Source: Octopus sinensis
Taxonomy: Eukaryota
Direction: 5' to 3'
DNA length: 42,229 bases
Assembly: GCF_006345805.1 (NCBI RefSeq)
Contig: NW_021835714.1
Span: forward strand, 1-42,229
The position numbers were made by a program, and so were the translations under genes. A model generated the notes under the pieces. It saw only the letters and a program-made list of their open reading frames with translations. It did not search any database and was not told the DNA's origin. Shown here one piece after another: positions 36,662 to 42,229 of the stretch (position 1 is the stretch's first letter; every line of letters starts with the position of its first letter).

Positions 36662-36802
36662 AAAATAAGCAACAGAATATCGAGTAGAGATGCAGTAAGA
36701 CCGTTTCAAGCAGCTCCATTTAATTGAACAATGCAATCATTACATCTCTTTAAATGGAAACGGTCGTACCGCATCACTACTTGATGTCCTGTTGCTTATT
36801 TT
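36662..36802. repeat. Fold-back element, ~53-bp arms
   Basis: AAAATAAGCAACAGAATATCGAGTAGAGATGCAGTAAGACCGTTT[CAAGCAGCT]CCATTTAA pairs with TTAAATGGAAACGGTCGTACCGCATCACTACTTGATGTCCTGTTGCTTATTTT. Confidence 0.8.
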
Positions 36803-36888
36803 GATTCTATTCACCTTACTTCGGGCTATGCGGTTAATACTGGACTGACTTGGTGCTTCAACTTAAGTATCTAATTCAACTGAATCGC

Positions 36889-36930
<42 letters not shown>

Positions 36931-37256
36931 ATGGATATGATATATATATATATATGGGCGTGTGTGTGCGTGTGTATGTGCATGTAGGTGTATGTCAATT
37001 TCTGAAAAGCCTCTGGATATGCTCTTGTAATTAATGATTCCTCCTGGAATTGGATCTTATTCTAACAACATCCTGGCAAAATTTTCTTTTGTATATACGA
37101 TTTTCTACCAATAGCAAACCGTACTTCAACGCCAAGGTTCTTCACATTTCTTGGCAATATAATACCATCATGTCATCCTCATCTCAGTAGACTTTTCATA
37201 CTTTTATTTAATTGGTATTTTATTTCTGATGGCCTTCATCTTGTTGCTATTATTAA

Positions 37257-37740
37257 TGCGAGGCTGGCAATATTGTTCAAATGAGTTCAAGTCGATTTTT
37301 TTATTTCATCTTCTCAGAGTCAATAAAATAATACTATTTGAGTCCCTGTAATTGACTAACCCTTTCCCGCCAAAATTTCAGGATTTGTGCCTAAAATAGA
37401 AAGGACTCGAGATGGCAGAATCGTTAGCACGCCGGGCAAACTGCTTAGCAGCATTTCTCCCGGCTCTTTACGTTATGAGTTCAAATTCTGCCGAGGTCAA
37501 TTTCGCCTATCATCATTTCGGTATCGATAAAATAAGTACCAGTTGAGTACTGGGGTCGCAGTAATCGTTTTACCCATTCTCTTAAAATTGCTGATCTTGT
37601 GCCAAAATTTGAAGCAATTATATTAAAGCGGTGAGCTGGCCGAACCGTTAGCGCGCCGGACAAAATGCTGCTAGCATTTTGTCCGTCTCTACATTCTAAA
37701 CTCAAATTTTGTCGCTCTCGACTTTGCCTTTTCACAGCCC
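37257..37740 (+). mobile_element. Head-to-tail array of three SINE A copies (degenerate, near full, 3'-truncated)
   Basis: Heads at ~37257, ~37406 and ~37628 (GAGCTGGC...CGTTAGC). The middle copy is complete through its tail. Confidence 0.72.
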
Positions 37741-37989
37741 CTTCTAGCGAGCTCTGAATGGAAAGAGTTCCTGCAATGTCTTGTTACTGGACAGGCATCA
37801 CCGATTCTCATTCAGCTCGTAATCTCTCACGTGATAACCCATAGCAGCATATCCTGGTTCCTCTCACTTCAACAAGTGGCCTAAACCAAATGAGGGGATG
37901 GTGTTAATATTCCATGAATAAATGAAAGACTCCGGCTAATGCTTCCCAAGGAGTCATCATTTAAGGCAGAGGAACTTGCTCGAATCAAT

Positions 37990-38225
37990 GGCTTAGTGTT
38001 CAAGGCTGAAGTGTGTCTCATGATGAGGCATATAGTTGTAGCTAACAGCTTGGAGAGGAATAGCAGCCACCAAGCTCACCTGCCCATCATATATTCATGA
38101 TGATGTCAACCTACAGCAGAACTCAAACCGGATATTGGTCGACGCGCAGGTCAGCGACTGAAAGACTACAGCAGAAGACCGAGAGAAATGGTGAAAGCTG
38201 GTTATGATGTTATTAACGAATTCCA
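37990..38225 (+). mobile_element. Decayed RTE-type LINE 3' remnant
   Basis: VSD*KTTAEDREKW*KLV (about 38150-38205) resembles the RTE C-terminal W...A.DR..WR..V motif, with both stops at expected Trp/Arg codons. Confidence 0.45.
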
Positions 38226-38282
38226 TGACCACCACCACCACGCGGTCGAGGGATGTGCCCTCACCATTGTTATAATAACACT

Positions 38283-38427
38283 TTTTACTAGAGGTACAAG
38301 GCCTGGAATTTGGTGGGGAGGGGATAGTCGATTACACGGACCCCTAGTGTTAAGCCGGTACTTAATTTATCGACCCCGAGAGGATGAATGTCAAAGTCAA
38401 CCTCGGCAGAATTTGAACTCAGATACC
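38283..38427 (-). mobile_element. SINE family A, headless copy
   Basis: CAAGGCCTGGAATTTGGTGGGGAGGGGATAGTCGATTAC...AAAGTCAACCTCGGCAGAATTTGAACTCAG. Confidence 0.82.
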
Positions 38428-38758
38428 ATTGCTATAATAATCACAACAATAGTTACTAACATTAATTCCAGGTCCAGTAACTGGCCCTCATGGTGGGCCA
38501 TTGAAATTAAGATAAACTGGTTAAAACTGAGTCAGCCACCTAACTGTAAACGCTGAATTGTCACACATTTTTCTTGTTTCTGAATTGGTTTAAAAACGAA
38601 AAGAAGACTTTTGCTTTGCTCGAAACATCATGTGAAGGTATTTCAGAAAACTGCAGACTAACGATACTGTTGTCGAGTTTTAACTCCAGGCCATCCCTAA
38701 TCTCGCAGATAATTGATCAAATTTGCTCAAGTTGTGACCATTCTATATTTATAGTATA

Positions 38759-38987
38759 GGCGAGCTGGCAGAAACGTTAACACGCCGGGCGAAATGAGTA
38801 GCCGTATTTCGTCTGCCGTTACGTCCTGAGTTCAAATTCCGCCGAGGTCGACTTTGCCTTTCATCCTTTGGGGGTCGATAAATTAAGTACCAGTTACGCA
38901 CTGGGGTCGATGTAATCGACTTAAAAACTTTGTCTGTCTTTGTTTGTCCCCTCTATGTTTAGCCCCTTGTGGGCAATAAAGAAATAT
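38759..38987 (+). mobile_element. SINE family A, full length with target-site duplication
   Basis: Complete head to tail. Flanked by ATATTTATAGTATA (38745-38758) and ATATTTATAATATA (38988-39001). Confidence 0.92.
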
Positions 38988-39413
38988 ATATTTATAATAT
39001 ATCCAAGACAACATTATTATCTATCGTAAAATCCCCTTCAATTTTTCAGACGGAATAGTCTAATTTGAGGCAGATTTGGCTGTTGTTTCTTTCATGCCAA
39101 ATGATCACGTAAAAGCTCTTCTCCTTCCCGATGGCAGCAGCTTTCTTGAAAACCGTGGGAATCGTGTACATACGCTGACTGATATGTTAAAATTATTTGT
39201 CGTATACCCTCAGGTTTGCGAATTTCTACCACATTGATGCAACGTTAAAATAAAGGGATTTTCATATAAATATTTTATGCATAAGATAGATTCGCCGTAA
39301 GTAATTTCGTGTATGATTGTATAACAAACTATTTCTCAGGAATAAACGTTTGGATTACTGCAATAACCGTTCAAAAACGAATCGGTGTTTTATCTAACAT
39401 TCTACAACACTAG

Positions 39414-39735
39414 TGTGGAGGCGAGTGGCTTAGTGGTTCGTGGTTTTGGCTCACGATCGTGAGGCCCTGTGTTCGATTCCCTGCGGAGTGTTGTGTCCTT
39501 AAGCAAGACACTATTCCACGTTACTACATCCCACTCAGCTGGCAAAAATGAGTTGTATTTCAAAGGGCCAGCTCTGTCACACTCTGTGTCACGCTGAATT
39601 TCTCTGACAACTACATTAAGATTACGCGTGAGCTGTAGAGTACTCAGCCAGTTGCACGCTAATCTCACGAGCAGGCTGTCCCGTTGATTGGATCAACTGG
39701 AACCCTCGTTATCGTAAACGACGGAGACCCAGTTT
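39414..39735 (+). mobile_element. SINE type C2 with probable target-site duplication
   Basis: Collinear with 18568-18884. Flanked by TACAACACTAG and TATAACACTAG. Confidence 0.85.
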
Positions 39736-40110
39736 ATAACACTAGAGGAGTTCATTTTAAGAAGCAATTCCTCAATTACCTGCAGACCAGCAGTTAGATG
39801 GTTCATTAATAAGAGCGTATACAAAACCAGTGTTAGGGTTGTCCTTCCAGTTTTCGCTAACCCAGTATTAATCAGGTTTGTTCAGTTACATGGTTGAAAC
39901 CAGCATTCACTATGTTATAGAGCCAGCTTCTTGCTAATATATTTATATTTGGCTAAATATGGTATTTTCTTTATTATTTAATGTGAACAGCGAACATCTT
40001 CAATTTAATGGACGCTAACACTCGGTGTTGTTTATTTGATATAGCATCTTGCTTAGCGTGCTGCTCTTTAATACATATTTATGTGTGTGTGAGGACTAGA
40101 GTGTATGTAC

Positions 40111-40533
40111 GTGGCTGTGTGGTAAGTAGCTTGCTTAACAACCACATGGTTCCGGGTTCAGTCCCACTGCGTGGCACTTTGGGCAAGTGTCTTCTATAAT
40201 AGCATCGGGCTGACCAAAGCCTTGTGAGTGGATTTGGTAGACAGAAACAGAAAGCAACCCGTCGTATATACATACATACATATATATATTATAATATATA
40301 TATATGTGTGTGTGTGTGTGTGGTGTGTGTTGTGTGTGTGTGTGTGTGGTGTGTTGTATTTGCGTGTCCTCCTAACATCGCTTGACAACCGATGCTTGTG
40401 TGTTTACGTCCCCGTAACTTAGCGGTTCGGCAAAAGACACCGATAGAATAAGTACAAAGAATAAGTCCTGGGGTCGATTGGCTCGACCAAACGTGGTGCT
40501 CCAGCGTGCCCACAGTCAAATAACTGAAACAAG
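40111..40533 (+). mobile_element. SINE family B (tRNA-like head, CORE-like block, central microsatellite), full length
   Basis: A-box-like TGGCTGTGTGGT and B-box-like GGTTCAGTCCC. GGCACTTTGGGCAAGTGTCTTCT resembles the CORE-SINE motif. Tail ends ...CAGTCAAATAACTGAAACAAG. Confidence 0.88.
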
Positions 40534-40750
40534 TTGGCAAGCGATGTTGGGGGTTCAAACACAAACACACAAACATATACACACACATACATATATACAT
40601 ATATACGACGGGCTTCTTTCAGTTTCCGCCTACCAAACCCACTCACAAGTCGATTAAATACAGTACAAGTCATATATTGGAGTCGATGTAATCAAATAAA
40701 CCCTTCCAGTCAAAACCTCTGGCGGCCTTGGGTTTAAATTCGAATTCATT
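40534..40750. mobile_element. Inverted SINE B central fragment (40534-40649) followed by a degenerate SINE A tail
   Basis: The reverse complement of 40534-40649 matches 40222-40388. It is followed by GTCGATTAAATACAGTAC...GAGTCGATGTAATC. Confidence 0.75.
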
Positions 40751-42060
40751 AATAAATAGAAAATTAAGACAAAGATAAAGGACATGCCATTTGGTATACA
40801 TAAACACACCATCAGTTAATTGGTCATTTCTGGCGTTCCTCCTTTCACTCCTTGTCTTTCTCTTTCTCTCTTTTTTTCTTTTCACTCTTTGTCTTTCTCT
40901 CTTTTACTTCTTCCTTGTATGAAGCCAAAATTTCCAATAATTTCTTTTGTTTCATTTGACTTTTATTTACCAGTTTACGATTTATGTTCTTCGTTGCAGA
41001 TCAAGACTGCTGTCTTTTGTTATGTGTCAAGATATTTTTCTAGTTTAAATTTAATTCTTGATTTTCGAGATTTTTGTCTTCTATAAATCAAAACAAAATG
41101 GAACTTTCATTTTCTATGAGAACAATTAATAACATGCTAACCCGTTCAGATGTCAATATATTCCAAGACAATCACTGAGAAACAAATTCTCATCAAACAT
41201 GAAGAATTCGGACCAACATGAAAGTACTTGCCCAGTAACAGCAACATAATGTGAAATTAAAAACCCAGAGTGGGAATATAAAGACGGCCTTACCCCAACC
41301 ATATTGTTTATCATCGCCAGTTTATTGCTGTAGGACTCGGGTGGAGCTATTCTACCCGCTACTGAGAAACGAAGGGAGCCTTTCGACGGTGATTAGAACT
41401 ACTAAAAATAGTAACTAAGTCACCATTAAATCAGGCCCTATAAAGTTGCTAATGAAAGAAAACATTGGATAATGTGGAACATGATACACTATTTCTGGAA
41501 TAAACGCAGGATATTCTTAAGAGATATACATCGTCATATATCAGCAAAAACAGGCCTCGCTAGGGACTACAACGCCAAAAATAATAACAACAATTCTAAC
41601 AACAATACTAACAAAACAACAAGCACAAAAACAAATAACATTTTCTGCACAGAGTTTCAGAGCAAAAAAAATGCAAAAGTAGGCCATTGCTTCTAGTAAT
41701 TAATGTTTATCGCTTCGGGCACCTGAAAAGGGCGTGGCACAATTCAAGTCTCGGCAATAGTCGTATATATTCTGTCGGCCAGCAATGCTGGGAAACCTAT
41801 ACTGATTGACATTGTTCACATAAAAATCTAATTAGGTTGTCCGTATAGATTTTAGTGTTTCATTAGCTTAACTTATTGGGATGAAGTTCTGCGCTGGCCG
41901 TTTACAAATGATGATTATAGTTGTATTAATTTGGGTTACCTAAATAGGCACCTAATTGAGTATCATGTCGAAGAATCTTGTATGTATGTATGTATGTATG
42001 TATGTATGTATGTATGTATGTATGTATGTATGTATGTATGTATGTATGTATGTATGTATG

Positions 42061-42099
<39 letters not shown>

Positions 42100-42229
42100 C
42101 TGTGTGCATGTATGCATGTATGTATGTATATGTATATATATATATATATATACGCGTACATATAGGTGTACAGATATATACACAGCCACACATATTTATT
42201 TCTTTATGACGTCAGCAATTCAGCAATAC

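Overview
AT-rich animal DNA saturated with microsatellites, most likely an intronic or intergenic stretch of an octopod cephalopod genome. That assignment is inferred from tRNA-headed SINE families I recognise as Octopus-type, not from a search. I find no supportable intact host protein-coding gene, and nearly all ORF-track entries are translations of simple repeats. Supported content: two dead ~1.24-kb Tc1/mariner transposons (DD41D-type at 22889-24127 and DD36E-type at 31619-32859), about 20 full or partial SINE copies with shuffled modules and nested insertions, decayed LINE 3' ends, and five fold-back (long inverted-repeat) elements. The most interesting signal is that three of the fold-back elements carry minimal type I hammerhead-ribozyme-like motifs of the kind known from Penelope-like elements. 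One sits exactly at the apex of a ~375-nt hairpin (7654-8030). One palindrome has a motif on each strand (3087-3393). One motif lies beside a 54-bp-arm hairpin nested inside a SINE (26734-27268). Ribozyme activity is untested and inferred only from motif fit by eye.
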